From positions 68,393 through 132,392 of the IMG/VR virus record IMGVR_UViG_3300042402_002841: a DNA stretch of 64,000 nucleotides, one strand, 5' to 3'. The stretch is from a virus. Made by a program: the position numbers and the translations under genes. The notes under the pieces were generated by a model, which made no database searches, had not been told where the DNA came from, and was given only the letters and a program-made list of their open reading frames with translations. The number at the start of each line of letters is the position of its first letter. The first letter of the stretch is position 1. Of this stretch, positions 17,980 to 28,477 are shown piece after piece.

Positions 17980-19455
17980 ATGCCAGGCGTAACAATTACC
18001 ACAGCAGTAAGAACAGGCCCAACAAGCGCTACTGTTCGTGAATCATCACAGGCTTTTTTTATTGGTCTTGCTCAGCGAGGACCAGTTGATGAGGCAGTTC
18101 TCGTAAGAAGCCTTGCCGAGTTTGAGGAGACATTTGGTACATATGTTACCTATGCCTACCTGCATCCAACTGTTCAAACTTTCTTTGAAGAGGGTGGCAC
18201 GCAGTGTTACATCGCCAGAGTCGTTGGACCAGGAGCAACCACTGCAAATGTAATCTTGGATGACGGTGGCCCAAGCGCGGATGAACTTATTGAATTGACA
18301 GCAAATGGCCCTGGAAACTGGGCGCACAGCATGCAAATTCAAGTAACCGCATCAGGTTCTCTTCGTAATATTAAATTGACCTACAATGGTGACCTTGTTT
18401 ACCAAACAGGAAACAGAGCAAGCGCATCAGCCCTGGTAAGCGCAATCAACAACAGCGCAATTGCATCACAATACATGACTGCAACTCTATTGATTGACGA
18501 ACTTCCAGGTGCTTCTGCAGCAGTAGCCTTTGGAGCAGGTACTTATACTGACGGCAATGACGACATTGGAGATTCCACAGTTGACACAACATTTACAGCA
18601 TATGTTTCTGCTCTTGATTTGTTTCTTGACTCGTATGGAACTGGTGCAGTTGTTTGTCCAGAAACACACCAAATCAATACGCAATTGATTGCTCATGCAA
18701 ATTCTTATAACAGAATTGCACTATTGCATCTTGAAGAAGGCACGAGTGACCCTGCTGATGATGCAGCAACACTGAGTGCAGAAGACCACTCGGAGCATGC
18801 AGCAGTTTATTACCCATGGGTTTTTATTCCAACCGATGTTAATGGAGTTAATAAGTTAATTCCGCCAACAGGATTTGTTGCTGGTAAGCGTGCTCTTGCG
18901 CACAACCAGACAGGCCCTCATCAGCCATATGCTGGTCTTGTATCTAGTGCAAGATTCGTAAATGGAGTTGAAGTTGATGTTAATAGAACACTCGGTGACT
19001 CACTTGATGCTGAGTATGTAAACGCAATTCGTTTTATTGCTAACTCTATTAGAATCTATGGAGCACGCTCGTTGTCAACTGACACCGATAATTTCAGATT
19101 CATTACAATTCAAGACACTGTCAATGGAGTTGTTATTGAAGCAAATGCTTCAATGGAAGACTTAGTCTTCTCTGTAATTGATGGTCGTGGTGGATTGTTT
19201 GCTTCAATTGAAGGAAGATTGACCGCCATTTGTGAAAGAATGAAGGCAATCGGAGCGCTTTACGAGGCATACGATGCTAATGGAAAATTGCTTGACCCTG
19301 GCTACTCGGTTAAGTGCGACACTTCAATCAACACAACAGCACAACTTGCAGAAGGAACAATCAAGGCTCAACTTGGTGTCCGAGTGAGTTCAGTTGGCGA
19401 CAAGATTGAAGTGACAATCATTAAGTCAAACCTAACATCCTCAATTACAGTCTAA
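17980..19455 (+). CDS. Contractile tail sheath protein
   Basis: MPGV..., FFEEGGTQCYIARV, AAVYYPW, PPTGFVAG, VNAIR and IYGARSL. Confidence 0.92.
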   Translation: MPGVTITTAVRTGPTSATVRESSQAFFIGLAQRGPVDEAVLVRSLAEFEETFGTYVTYAYLHPTVQTFFEEGGTQCYIARVVGPGATTANVILDDGGPSADELIELTANGPGNWAHSMQIQVTASGSLRNIKLTYNGDLVYQTGNRASASALVSAINNSAIASQYMTATLLIDELPGASAAVAFGAGTYTDGNDDIGDSTVDTTFTAYVSALDLFLDSYGTGAVVCPETHQINTQLIAHANSYNRIALLHLEEGTSDPADDAATLSAEDHSEHAAVYYPWVFIPTDVNGVNKLIPPTGFVAGKRALAHNQTGPHQPYAGLVSSARFVNGVEVDVNRTLGDSLDAEYVNAIRFIANSIRIYGARSLSTDTDNFRFITIQDTVNGVVIEANASMEDLVFSVIDGRGGLFASIEGRLTAICERMKAIGALYEAYDANGKLLDPGYSVKCDTSINTTAQLAEGTIKAQLGVRVSSVGDKIEVTIIKSNLTSSITV

Positions 19456-19468
19456 GTAGGAGCAAAAA

Positions 19469-19924
19469 ATGGCAAAACTATCTCAGAGGCAAATCCTTGC
19501 GGAAATTGTTCCGATTAGCGCTTCATCGCCTAAGTGGAACCTTTTCCAGTTTGCTCAAGTTTCTGGTGGCGAAATTACCGCTTCTGTTGAAAAGATTTAC
19601 CCTGGTGGCGCAAAATTTCCAGAAGTTCTTTGTGCTCCAGCGGAAATTGGTGACATTACGCTAACTGCTCATTACGACGATGACAGAACTGCCGCAGAAG
19701 ACGGAAACGGAATTGCTGCAAAAATTAAAGCCCTCAGACCGCTTGTTGGTCGTGCTTACTACGACATTGTAGTAAAGACATATGACTGCGACATTGAGGT
19801 TAAGGGTCTTGACCGCACATATTCAAAGTGTCTTTTGGTTGGAATTACAGAGCCAGACGGTGACTCATCTTCGGGTGCCCCAGCAACATTTGCACTGACA
19901 TTCTCAGTGCAAGGCGTGGTCTGA
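19469..19924 (+). CDS. Tail tube protein
   Basis: Follows the sheath; FAQVSGG, GDITLT and DSSS motifs of T4 gp19-like tubes. Confidence 0.75.
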   Translation: MAKLSQRQILAEIVPISASSPKWNLFQFAQVSGGEITASVEKIYPGGAKFPEVLCAPAEIGDITLTAHYDDDRTAAEDGNGIAAKIKALRPLVGRAYYDIVVKTYDCDIEVKGLDRTYSKCLLVGITEPDGDSSSGAPATFALTFSVQGVV

Positions 19925-19986
19925 TTTAAAATAACATTTTACTAGTTACTTGCACTGCAAACCAATTGCTGTGCTAGTGTTCTGGC

Positions 19987-20526
19987 ATGACAGAAAATAA
20001 CTCTCTCTATTCAGAATCAGAACAACCTAAAAAGGCAGAGCCAAAACAGGCTTCTTTGCCGAAGGTTGAAGAACAAAATGTCCTTAACAAACTTAAAGAA
20101 GTAATTCAAAAAAAGGTTGAGCGTCCAGTTGTTCGTCTTGATGTCCCAGAACGCCCAGGCGTTTCTTTGCGAATCAGCCCAAATATTACCCAAAATCAAC
20201 TTCGCAATTGGCGAAAGAATTCTGGCGAGGACACAAAGGCTGGCATGGACTCCATTAAGTTTTCTTGCTATGTAATTGGTTCAACAACAGTTGGTGTATG
20301 CATTGACGAAGAAGAAGTGTTTGACGAGAGTGGTTACTCTCTTAACTTCGCATCATCGCACATCCTTGAGATGACAGAGGCTTCACGCCCTATCCCAGAG
20401 GCTGTTCGTGCGTTTTTTGGAGTTGACCCACACCTTGAGGCTGCCGCTTTGGCAATCCTTGATGCTTCTGGATACTCCGACACGATTGACACATCGGACC
20501 CTACGACGGAGTCTTCAACGAACTAG
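19987..20526 (+). CDS. Tail assembly chaperone (gpG-like)
   Basis: Between tube and tape measure; ends ...SDPTTESSTN. Confidence 0.75.
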   Translation: MTENNSLYSESEQPKKAEPKQASLPKVEEQNVLNKLKEVIQKKVERPVVRLDVPERPGVSLRISPNITQNQLRNWRKNSGEDTKAGMDSIKFSCYVIGSTTVGVCIDEEEVFDESGYSLNFASSHILEMTEASRPIPEAVRAFFGVDPHLEAAALAILDASGYSDTIDTSDPTTESSTN

Positions 20527-20708
20527 TTGATGACTCCTTAGTTGTATCCGCTGCTCGGCTAGGAGAGTTGTTTGGGACTGACCCAATACAACTTTTAAAC
20601 TGCAGTGAAGACGAATGGTTGATACGCCTTGCCTGTGCTAAAGTTATTAGTAACGACCGTGAAGACCAGGAAAAACAACGCCAAAAAGCGCAAAACTCTG
20701 GCCGTTAG
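20496..20708 (+). CDS. gpT-like -1 frameshift extension of the tail assembly chaperone
   Basis: The -1 frame is open from 20490 to 20708 (TGA at 20487) with no ATG; it reads YDGVFNELVDDSLVVSAARLGELFGTDPIQLL...; candidate slip site GGACCCT. Confidence 0.7.
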   Translation, partial: GPYDGVFNELVDDSLVVSAARLGELFGTDPIQLLNCSEDEWLIRLACAKVISNDREDQEKQRQKAQNSGR

Positions 20709-20726
20709 CGAATTACTGGAGCATCA

Positions 20727-23700
20727 ATGGCTGAAGCGAAACTTACAATTGACATTGATGTTGATGGTGTAGCAAAAGCAGTAACAGGCCTAGCCAGTGT
20801 TAATAGGGCTGTAAGAAACATTGACAGCAGAACAAATGGTCTTGCTACAACCGCTCGTGGGGCTGGACAAACAATACAGACCAGCGTTAATAAGTGGAAA
20901 AAGTCTTTTGACCAGTTTGACAAAATGGTCAAGATGGTGGGAACCGTAGGCTTAAAAGGCCTTTCAATGGCGCTCAAATTTGCAACTTTTGAAATGGCCG
21001 CTATGGGTGCAGCCATGCTTGCCGTGCATGGTGCCTTTATCTTGGGTAATGCAGCAATGAAGGCTATGAAGGCCACCTTGGGGCCTCTTGCTGCTGGTAT
21101 GACTGGGATTGTCGCAGCAGCAGCCGCAGCATCTGCGGCAATCAGGGAGCAGCAAGCCGCAATGTGGGCTTACAAAAATAACTCCGCCCCCCAGTTTGGT
21201 TCTGGTTTAAATCAAGCAAGAATGGTGATGCGTGCCCTTCATACTGATGTTGAATTGTCAACAGTCGGCATTGAGAATTTAAACAAAGCCTATGGGACCA
21301 TTTCAAAATCTTCAACCTTTACAGCACAGAGTCAAAACCTTCTTAAAGGATTAATGGACTTTGCTTCAGCGGGTCAACCAATTGAAGAAGGAATAACAAA
21401 AGCAGCAGAATTGGTTGCTTTGCTCCAAGATTCAAAAAAGTCTTTTTCTGAAGCAAAATCATCAGCAGAACAACTTTTTCCAGATAAAAAAGCCGTTCAA
21501 AAAGCGATGAAAGACTTAAAAATAAATACAAAAGAAGGTCTTCAAAAAGCAATCACAAGCGGTGAATTGGCAAAGGCTGCTGGTGTTGAAGGTCAGTTTG
21601 ATGCAGTTTCTGGAACCTTGATGAACAGAGTAAAAGGCTATTTTACTATTTTGAGAAATCAATTAGGAGACCTTGGTCAACCACTTCTTGAACCAATAAA
21701 AGAAGCAGCAAATTCAATATTTAATATTCTTCGTCGTGGGTTTGTAAAAATTTCTGGTAACACACAAAAATTTGGCATGGGCTCAATGCTTGAAGGTTTA
21801 GTCAATATGGTTGACAAACTCACTACATGGTCCACTGATTTGATTAATGAAAATATTTCATCAGTTGAAGGCATGTTTGAGAAAATGGCTGGATGGTGGA
21901 AGGATTTTAGATACGGCTGGAATGAAACGCTTGACAAATTAAGACCGTTTATTGATGGTGCTCGCGTAATTGAAAAAGCATTTGGTGAAGTGTGGCGACA
22001 TGTAAAAGATATTGTTGGTTCAGGTTTTGGTCAATTCAATGAATGGCTTCAACAAAATGAAGAAACGGTAGTTGAATTTGGTGGAAAAATCGGAGACCTT
22101 TTTACTTCAATTATGAAGTTTCAAATGGAAATGAAAAAAATCATTCAAGACCTAATGCCCTTTATCAACAATGTTATTGGTGGCGTGTCGCAAATGGTTG
22201 ACCAGATGACCAGTTTTATAAAAGCGCTTCGGTCAATTACTGGCGGTGGCGTTATTGGAGCGCTTGCTAGTCTTCTTGCAATTAGGGGCGCGTTTGGTGC
22301 AATGAAAAACACCAAAGGCGGATGGATGGCAAAACAAACAATAACAACTCAACCAATAAACGCTCAGCAAGTTGTTATTAACACTCCATCTGTGGTCCCT
22401 GGCGGTGGAAGACTTGGAACCACTGGCGCTGCAATGCGTAATGGGGTACCAGCAGGACCTGGCGGTTTAGCAAGCGCTACTCCCCGATATGGCCTAGCCA
22501 GTAGTGGGTTTGGGCCAACAAATTATCCACAATATTATGCGCATGGAGGTCCTGGGGGCTTAGGTGGTACTCGTGGAGCGCCCCTTCCTGGACCCGCTAT
22601 ACCAATGGTTGGCCAACCAGGTTATCAACCAAGCCTTATTCATGGTCCGCAAAGAACCCGAGGAAGAAGAGCAGCCGTAGGCGCTTACAACAGGTTTAGA
22701 AACTTTTCTTACAACACATTTACGATGCCTGCCGAATCAGACGAAATGTATCAACAGAGACGGGCTACAGAAACAAGAATTGATAGACACGGAAACGAAG
22801 TTTATACTCGTTCAGCAAAGTTTAGACAAAGACAAGCAGCCCAAAGAGCGGCTCGTTCTGGACCGTTCATGTCTAAGGGGTATAAGGCTTTAGGGCAGTT
22901 TCAAGGTTCTCAAGGTGTGAAGATGGGAACTGGTCTTGCTCTTGGAGCAATGTCTCAATTTGCACCAGCAGAAGCACAGGGCGCGCTTGCTCTTGGTGGA
23001 ATGGTTGGCATGATGAACCCGCTCGCTGGTATTGGTGTTGCTGGTCTTGGTACTGCTATGAAATCCAAAACAACAACAGGAGGAATGCTTTCTGGTGCTG
23101 CTGGTGGAGCAGCGATGGGTGCGATGGTTGGAAGTATTATCCCAGGACTTGGGACAGCGGCAGGTGCAGCGGCAGGCGCATTGATTGGTGCCGTAGGTGG
23201 CGGAATCATGGGGTCTATTAATAAAAATAAAGAACAAGTAAAGGCCGCAAGGGAAGCAGCATCAAACGCTGGACAAAGCATTATTAATGGAGTTCTTTCT
23301 GGTGTTCTTGATGGAGTAAGGAAAGAAAGCGGCACTAAAGGTAGAACCGTTCTAAGAGATGCACTTCCAAATATTAGAGCAAAACAAGAATCAGCCCTCA
23401 GCATCATTAATCAAGCACCAGAAAAAAGAGGAAATTACTTCGGAATAATGCCAGACGCATTGGACCGTGGTGCAACTGGTGGTCAAATTGGTCTTGTTAT
23501 GGAAAACTACACCAAAAAAAGAATGCCAGGAATATTGAGAAAAGCAATTGGCGCAGCAACGATGAGTATGGATATTGCTGGAAATCTTGCTTATGGAACA
23601 GTTAGCAAACTGGGTATGAAAAGCCTTACTGACAACCGTGTTCTCAACCCCCTTGGATACTCAACCAATAACCTTAAAGATGTTGATAAGAGAAAACAAG

Positions 23701-25280
23701 AAGAGGCTTTGAGAACCTTATATAGAAAACAAGATTCTTTAGGAATGAAAATTTCTGAAAAAGAACTCCAAGAAATGATGAAAAAACCTGGAGACGCACT
23801 TAAAAAAATGCGCAAAGACATGGAGAATAACGAAAAAGCCATGGGACCAATTCAGGATTCCTACAACGCAAGAATGGATAAGTTAGGAAAAATTACTGGC
23901 AAGTCTGACAGGGAGATTAATGATTTAGCAAAATCAATGGGCGTCAACCTCATGGATAATACTAAAGAATTTACAGAGGTATTAAAAGACCTTGGATTGG
24001 CAACAGTAAAAACAGTACAACAACTGCAGAGTGCCTTAACTAATGTCTATGTTGATGCTTTGTCAGAATTTGACAAAGCAATTAAAGCGCTCCAAACGCC
24101 ACAAATCCTTGATGAATCAGCAGAGGCTTTCAGAAGACTTTATGATGCTCAGGGCGGAAGCGTAACAAAAGAGCAAGAACTTCAATATGTAAGTGATTTT
24201 TTTGAACAAACACTCACATACTTTGAAGGCGACCCAATGAAAGCGTACGCGCAAACTATTGAGTCTTTGCAGAAAAACGGAACTGCTTTTACTGACCCAA
24301 GAAGCCCGCTCTATGGAATGCAGAACATGGACTTGCTCGGCAGTGATGTTACTAAGGGTGTTTTGGAGAGAATGACTTCTGGATTTGGTGCCGAATATGG
24401 TGGGCGACTGAACTCAATGCTCATGCAGTCAGGCGTATCTGTTAATCAAGAAGATTTTAACGCAAGATGGCAAGCCATGACCATGGACCAAAGAATGACT
24501 GCTGCTTCGGCTATTACTGGAGGAATTGGAACTGGAAAAGATAGGCAGATGGCTATCAATAAGTATGGTTCTGAATCGGCGGCACTGTTAGCGGTGGCAG
24601 GCTTGACTGATTTGACAACTAGCGCAGTTGAAACACCAGGAACAGAGGCAAAAGACCTTGCTGAAGTTTCAGAAGAAATAGCAACAGCAACAACTAGGTT
24701 GATTGACCAAATGTCTGAGTATTTTAAAGTAGCAGATAATGCAGTTCCTTCTTGGTACAACACTCCTCCATCTTGGTGGGACCCTAAAGATACTTCAACC
24801 CCTCGCGGTCAGGCTTTTGGTGACACAACCTCAAGTCGTCTCTCGCAGACAATGGCTCGCCACGCCTCTATGAATAGCATGTTGACGGGAACACGCACTG
24901 TCACTTCTGGCTATAGAAACTACGGTCTTGGTTCAATAAATTCCGACCATGTAACTGGAAGAGCATATGACCTTGTTGGTCAAAACCTGGGACAGTACCA
25001 ATCCTTAGTCAGGGGAACTGGTGGTTTTGCAGAATTCCACGGAGTTAATGGAGCAAGACATCTTCATGTAGTTCCTGGTTCTGGGGCTATTGGAGATAGC
25101 CGTGTACCTGTATCTTCCTCTACTACACCAGGGCCGATAGTAATGTCTGGCGGTGGAGGTGGTGGAAATAACTACAACTTCTATGTGAGTGGAAATCAAA
25201 ATGCCTCTGCTGGTGAAATAGCAGAAATAGTTATGCAAAAAGTTAAAGAAGTAGAACGCTCAAATAGGGAGAGAAGATAA
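20727..25280 (+). CDS. Tape measure protein with C-terminal M15-like (LAS) peptidase domain
   Basis: 1517 aa, Ala/Gly-rich and helical with hydrophobic stretches; C-terminal VTSGYR...SDHVTGRAYDL...HLHV. Confidence 0.9.
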   Translation: MAEAKLTIDIDVDGVAKAVTGLASVNRAVRNIDSRTNGLATTARGAGQTIQTSVNKWKKSFDQFDKMVKMVGTVGLKGLSMALKFATFEMAAMGAAMLAVHGAFILGNAAMKAMKATLGPLAAGMTGIVAAAAAASAAIREQQAAMWAYKNNSAPQFGSGLNQARMVMRALHTDVELSTVGIENLNKAYGTISKSSTFTAQSQNLLKGLMDFASAGQPIEEGITKAAELVALLQDSKKSFSEAKSSAEQLFPDKKAVQKAMKDLKINTKEGLQKAITSGELAKAAGVEGQFDAVSGTLMNRVKGYFTILRNQLGDLGQPLLEPIKEAANSIFNILRRGFVKISGNTQKFGMGSMLEGLVNMVDKLTTWSTDLINENISSVEGMFEKMAGWWKDFRYGWNETLDKLRPFIDGARVIEKAFGEVWRHVKDIVGSGFGQFNEWLQQNEETVVEFGGKIGDLFTSIMKFQMEMKKIIQDLMPFINNVIGGVSQMVDQMTSFIKALRSITGGGVIGALASLLAIRGAFGAMKNTKGGWMAKQTITTQPINAQQVVINTPSVVPGGGRLGTTGAAMRNGVPAGPGGLASATPRYGLASSGFGPTNYPQYYAHGGPGGLGGTRGAPLPGPAIPMVGQPGYQPSLIHGPQRTRGRRAAVGAYNRFRNFSYNTFTMPAESDEMYQQRRATETRIDRHGNEVYTRSAKFRQRQAAQRAARSGPFMSKGYKALGQFQGSQGVKMGTGLALGAMSQFAPAEAQGALALGGMVGMMNPLAGIGVAGLGTAMKSKTTTGGMLSGAAGGAAMGAMVGSIIPGLGTAAGAAAGALIGAVGGGIMGSINKNKEQVKAAREAASNAGQSIINGVLSGVLDGVRKESGTKGRTVLRDALPNIRAKQESALSIINQAPEKRGNYFGIMPDALDRGATGGQIGLVMENYTKKRMPGILRKAIGAATMSMDIAGNLAYGTVSKLGMKSLTDNRVLNPLGYSTNNLKDVDKRKQEEALRTLYRKQDSLGMKISEKELQEMMKKPGDALKKMRKDMENNEKAMGPIQDSYNARMDKLGKITGKSDREINDLAKSMGVNLMDNTKEFTEVLKDLGLATVKTVQQLQSALTNVYVDALSEFDKAIKALQTPQILDESAEAFRRLYDAQGGSVTKEQELQYVSDFFEQTLTYFEGDPMKAYAQTIESLQKNGTAFTDPRSPLYGMQNMDLLGSDVTKGVLERMTSGFGAEYGGRLNSMLMQSGVSVNQEDFNARWQAMTMDQRMTAASAITGGIGTGKDRQMAINKYGSESAALLAVAGLTDLTTSAVETPGTEAKDLAEVSEEIATATTRLIDQMSEYFKVADNAVPSWYNTPPSWWDPKDTSTPRGQAFGDTTSSRLSQTMARHASMNSMLTGTRTVTSGYRNYGLGSINSDHVTGRAYDLVGQNLGQYQSLVRGTGGFAEFHGVNGARHLHVVPGSGAIGDSRVPVSSSTTPGPIVMSGGGGGGNNYNFYVSGNQNASAGEIAEIVMQKVKEVERSNRERR

Positions 25281-26824
25281 TGACTAAAGAAGGAATTTCA
25301 TATCAAAATCCTATTAGGTTTCGGAATGCTTCAACGAATGCTGAAAACTACGAAAAAGCAAGTAAAATTTTTCAATCCCAAGTTCCTGGAAGATTTGTTC
25401 AAGATGCACTTAATGTTTATTTTTGCACTACATACAAATCTACCAGAGGTGAACCTATCTGGAACAGAATAAATCAAGCAGACGGAAAACCTCTTAACGG
25501 TAAATATATTTTAATAAATTTCGGAAAATCTGGAGAAACACCAGAATCCAAAACTTTAAATGGTCAAAAAATTTCTTACACAATTTCGTCAGTAAGGCTT
25601 CGTTTAAATGCAAACAGAGCATACGACAAGAAAGCGCTTGGTAGTTTTGTTTTTGTCCTCTTGCCAAGCAACGACGCAGTAGCCCCAACATCCCCAACAG
25701 GAACAGTTGCAAATCCATTAGTTCAAACTGGTGATAGTTCAACATATGCATTAACGGCAAATATTCTTGAAGGAAAAGATAGAAATGCGCAAGCATACGC
25801 ATATCTTTCTAAAGACACGAATGGAAGAAGTGGTTCTGGAACTGTAAGAAGAGGAACTACACCTGCAACAACAAGTTCAACTCCGAGCATCGCGTCTATT
25901 GTTGGACGACAGGAGTCTGCAGCAATAACTGCTTCAACAGGAAGAACAAGTTCTACACCCCCAAGGCCAAATCCAAGCGGTTCAAGCCCATCTTCACGCA
26001 GAACTTCTGGGGGCAGGTCAAATACTCCTCCGAATGTCAGTAATTCTCCCAGTCTCTCTACGGTTGTCGTGAGGTTGCAACCAGATAGGAATATATTTAA
26101 CGGCAGAGGACTCTACAACGGATATGTAGATAAGCCATATATTCAGCAAACAATTTCAGTTTTTAGCAATACCCGTGATGAAAGAAATCAAGAACAGCCA
26201 ACACGGGAAAGAATTGTAAGAAGACATGTATTTGAAATAATTCCAAATACTTTTGAATTTTCTCAACTTTCTTCTACATGGAACGAAGTTGAAAGAAGTG
26301 GAAATTATCCGCTAGTTGATTGGGCTAAATATAACTTGACAAAATGCAGTTTTAGATTTCTTGTTGCAAGCAGAAGAATAGATGAAATAGAACAGCAAAG
26401 AACTCTAGTAAATGATGGAATGGATGTTTCTATTGAACAAGAAATTGAAAACATCAGAATAATGGCTGGCTCACCCTCTCCAGTCACATTTTACAATTTT
26501 AATAAACTTCTCAGCACTTCCTATAGGTTCCCCTACCTTGAAAATACTAGAGGAATTCAGTGGGTAATTGCCGATTTATCTGTTACAGCCACAAGACTTA
26601 CACCAAATGGCCGAGGTATTGCTGCTGCTGAAGTTTCAATTACATTAAACGAATATCCAGAGATAGCACGAGATATTGTATTACTCCCACCTCTTGCGCC
26701 AGATAGACCAATTCCTCAAATATGTAGACCTAATCCATGCCCACCGCCCACCCCTAGGGCAAGAGGGTTGTTGACCGATACATTTACTATTGATAGAAGT
26801 ATCTACACTCCAGAGAGCAAGTAA
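25280..26824 (+). CDS. Baseplate / tube-initiator-like protein
   Basis: Follows the tape measure; C-terminal P..FEFS..W.EVER..P and EVSITLNEY; Ser/Thr/Pro linker. Confidence 0.55.
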   Translation: MTKEGISYQNPIRFRNASTNAENYEKASKIFQSQVPGRFVQDALNVYFCTTYKSTRGEPIWNRINQADGKPLNGKYILINFGKSGETPESKTLNGQKISYTISSVRLRLNANRAYDKKALGSFVFVLLPSNDAVAPTSPTGTVANPLVQTGDSSTYALTANILEGKDRNAQAYAYLSKDTNGRSGSGTVRRGTTPATTSSTPSIASIVGRQESAAITASTGRTSSTPPRPNPSGSSPSSRRTSGGRSNTPPNVSNSPSLSTVVVRLQPDRNIFNGRGLYNGYVDKPYIQQTISVFSNTRDERNQEQPTRERIVRRHVFEIIPNTFEFSQLSSTWNEVERSGNYPLVDWAKYNLTKCSFRFLVASRRIDEIEQQRTLVNDGMDVSIEQEIENIRIMAGSPSPVTFYNFNKLLSTSYRFPYLENTRGIQWVIADLSVTATRLTPNGRGIAAAEVSITLNEYPEIARDIVLLPPLAPDRPIPQICRPNPCPPPTPRARGLLTDTFTIDRSIYTPESK

Positions 26825-26830
26825 TTACAA

Positions 26831-28477
26831 ATGTTTAGTAAATCATCTTTGCAAATAGGGGACCTAACCCAACAAACAATGGCAATTATTGCCGAAAATT
26901 TATTAACAATAAATGTTAATTACACAATGGATATGTCTTCTCAGTTGTCTTTTACAGTTATTGACCCTGGATTTGAAATGGCGTCCAATAATTATTTTCA
27001 AGTTGGAAGAGATGTTGTTTATGAGTCGTCAGTTTTTTTTCAATCAAGAATACCAACAACCAACACAGATACAGCCGTACCCGTCCGTGGAAGAATGCGC
27101 TACACATACGAGATATCAAGCGCTTCTGTTCAGCAAAACGGAACAGCCTCTCCGCAGTGGACTATAGAAGCATTGCCAAAAGCAGTAATGCAAATGAAGA
27201 GAGATAAAAAACCAGGGAACATTGGGGGTTCTGGTTATGAGTTTGTGAGAAAAGCCGCCAACAAATATGGTCTTGCTTTTGTTGGTGAAAAAAGTTCACG
27301 AATTAAAAACGCATCAAAAAACTCTGGAGACAATCAAGCCGATTCTGTATGGACTGTAATAACAAATATTGCTCAAAATTCTCAATATGTTGTTTTTGTT
27401 GCAGACGGAACACTTTATTTTGCATCAGAAAAATGGCTTTTATACAAATGGGGTTCAGAAAAAATAATTGGTAAACCAAAATTAGACAAAAATGGAAAAC
27501 CAATAAGAAACAAGGATGGAACGCCACAAAAAAATCCAGACAAATTTTTTGTACCTCTTGATTATCCTGCAAAAAGTGAAGCAAATGCTCGTAAATTTGA
27601 AGTTTTACAACTTCCAAATATAAGAAAATCAGAAAACGACCCGATGGCTGGAGATGGTAGTCTTTTAGTGTCGCGAAATAACGGTGTTGCTCTTAGGCCA
27701 GGGATGACCATTAGAATTAATAGCATCCCAACCATGAATATATTTTATTTAATTACGGGCGTTTCTTATGGAGAGCAGATTACTGACCCAGTTTCTGTGC
27801 AGTTCAGAAGTCCAGAAAGACTTGAAGTAAATGGCAAGCCAGCCAAAATTCCACAATTACCAGTAGGTAAAATTTTTGATAGTAAATATTTTACTGAATC
27901 TGTAAGACTTGGCGACACTGCGGTTGGTAGTCCAATATTCAATGAAACAACTCCTCCTTTTGTTGCTTCTGGAACAACATTAAACCCTGTTGGTCCACAA
28001 ACCGCTGGTGTTATACCAAATTCAAGAAGAATTGATGTCTATCCAAGGTCTCAGTTTGAATTAGCAATGTTTGGAGATGCAAATAGAGGATTACCAAACC
28101 CTAACCACATATTGGAAGGGGGAAATATTGATTGTTGGAACAGACCAGTTGTTGTTACAAATTCAGATAACTTGACATTTTGCGCAACCATTAGACCGCA
28201 TATATATACTAAAACAGTAATGGGAGACACTATTTATGTAATTACTGAAAGAATATGGTGTGTTTCTGGAGTTCCAACAACATTGAGTACTGAGGATGCA
28301 GAAACCAGATACAACACACAGGGTGTTCATCATGGAATATTTGGCAATATTACAAGCGCTCAAAGATACATTCCAATTCTTGTTCGCATACAAAAACTTG
28401 TGATTAAAGAAAGATTCAATGAGTCCTACCAATCAATTTGGAACGGTAGAGCACCGCTAGTAACTAGGTGTAGTTAA
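26831..28477 (+). CDS. Baseplate hub protein
   Basis: SQLSFTVIDPG, FVADGTLYF and LRPGMTI motifs; position. Confidence 0.65.
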   Translation: MFSKSSLQIGDLTQQTMAIIAENLLTINVNYTMDMSSQLSFTVIDPGFEMASNNYFQVGRDVVYESSVFFQSRIPTTNTDTAVPVRGRMRYTYEISSASVQQNGTASPQWTIEALPKAVMQMKRDKKPGNIGGSGYEFVRKAANKYGLAFVGEKSSRIKNASKNSGDNQADSVWTVITNIAQNSQYVVFVADGTLYFASEKWLLYKWGSEKIIGKPKLDKNGKPIRNKDGTPQKNPDKFFVPLDYPAKSEANARKFEVLQLPNIRKSENDPMAGDGSLLVSRNNGVALRPGMTIRINSIPTMNIFYLITGVSYGEQITDPVSVQFRSPERLEVNGKPAKIPQLPVGKIFDSKYFTESVRLGDTAVGSPIFNETTPPFVASGTTLNPVGPQTAGVIPNSRRIDVYPRSQFELAMFGDANRGLPNPNHILEGGNIDCWNRPVVVTNSDNLTFCATIRPHIYTKTVMGDTIYVITERIWCVSGVPTTLSTEDAETRYNTQGVHHGIFGNITSAQRYIPILVRIQKLVIKERFNESYQSIWNGRAPLVTRCS

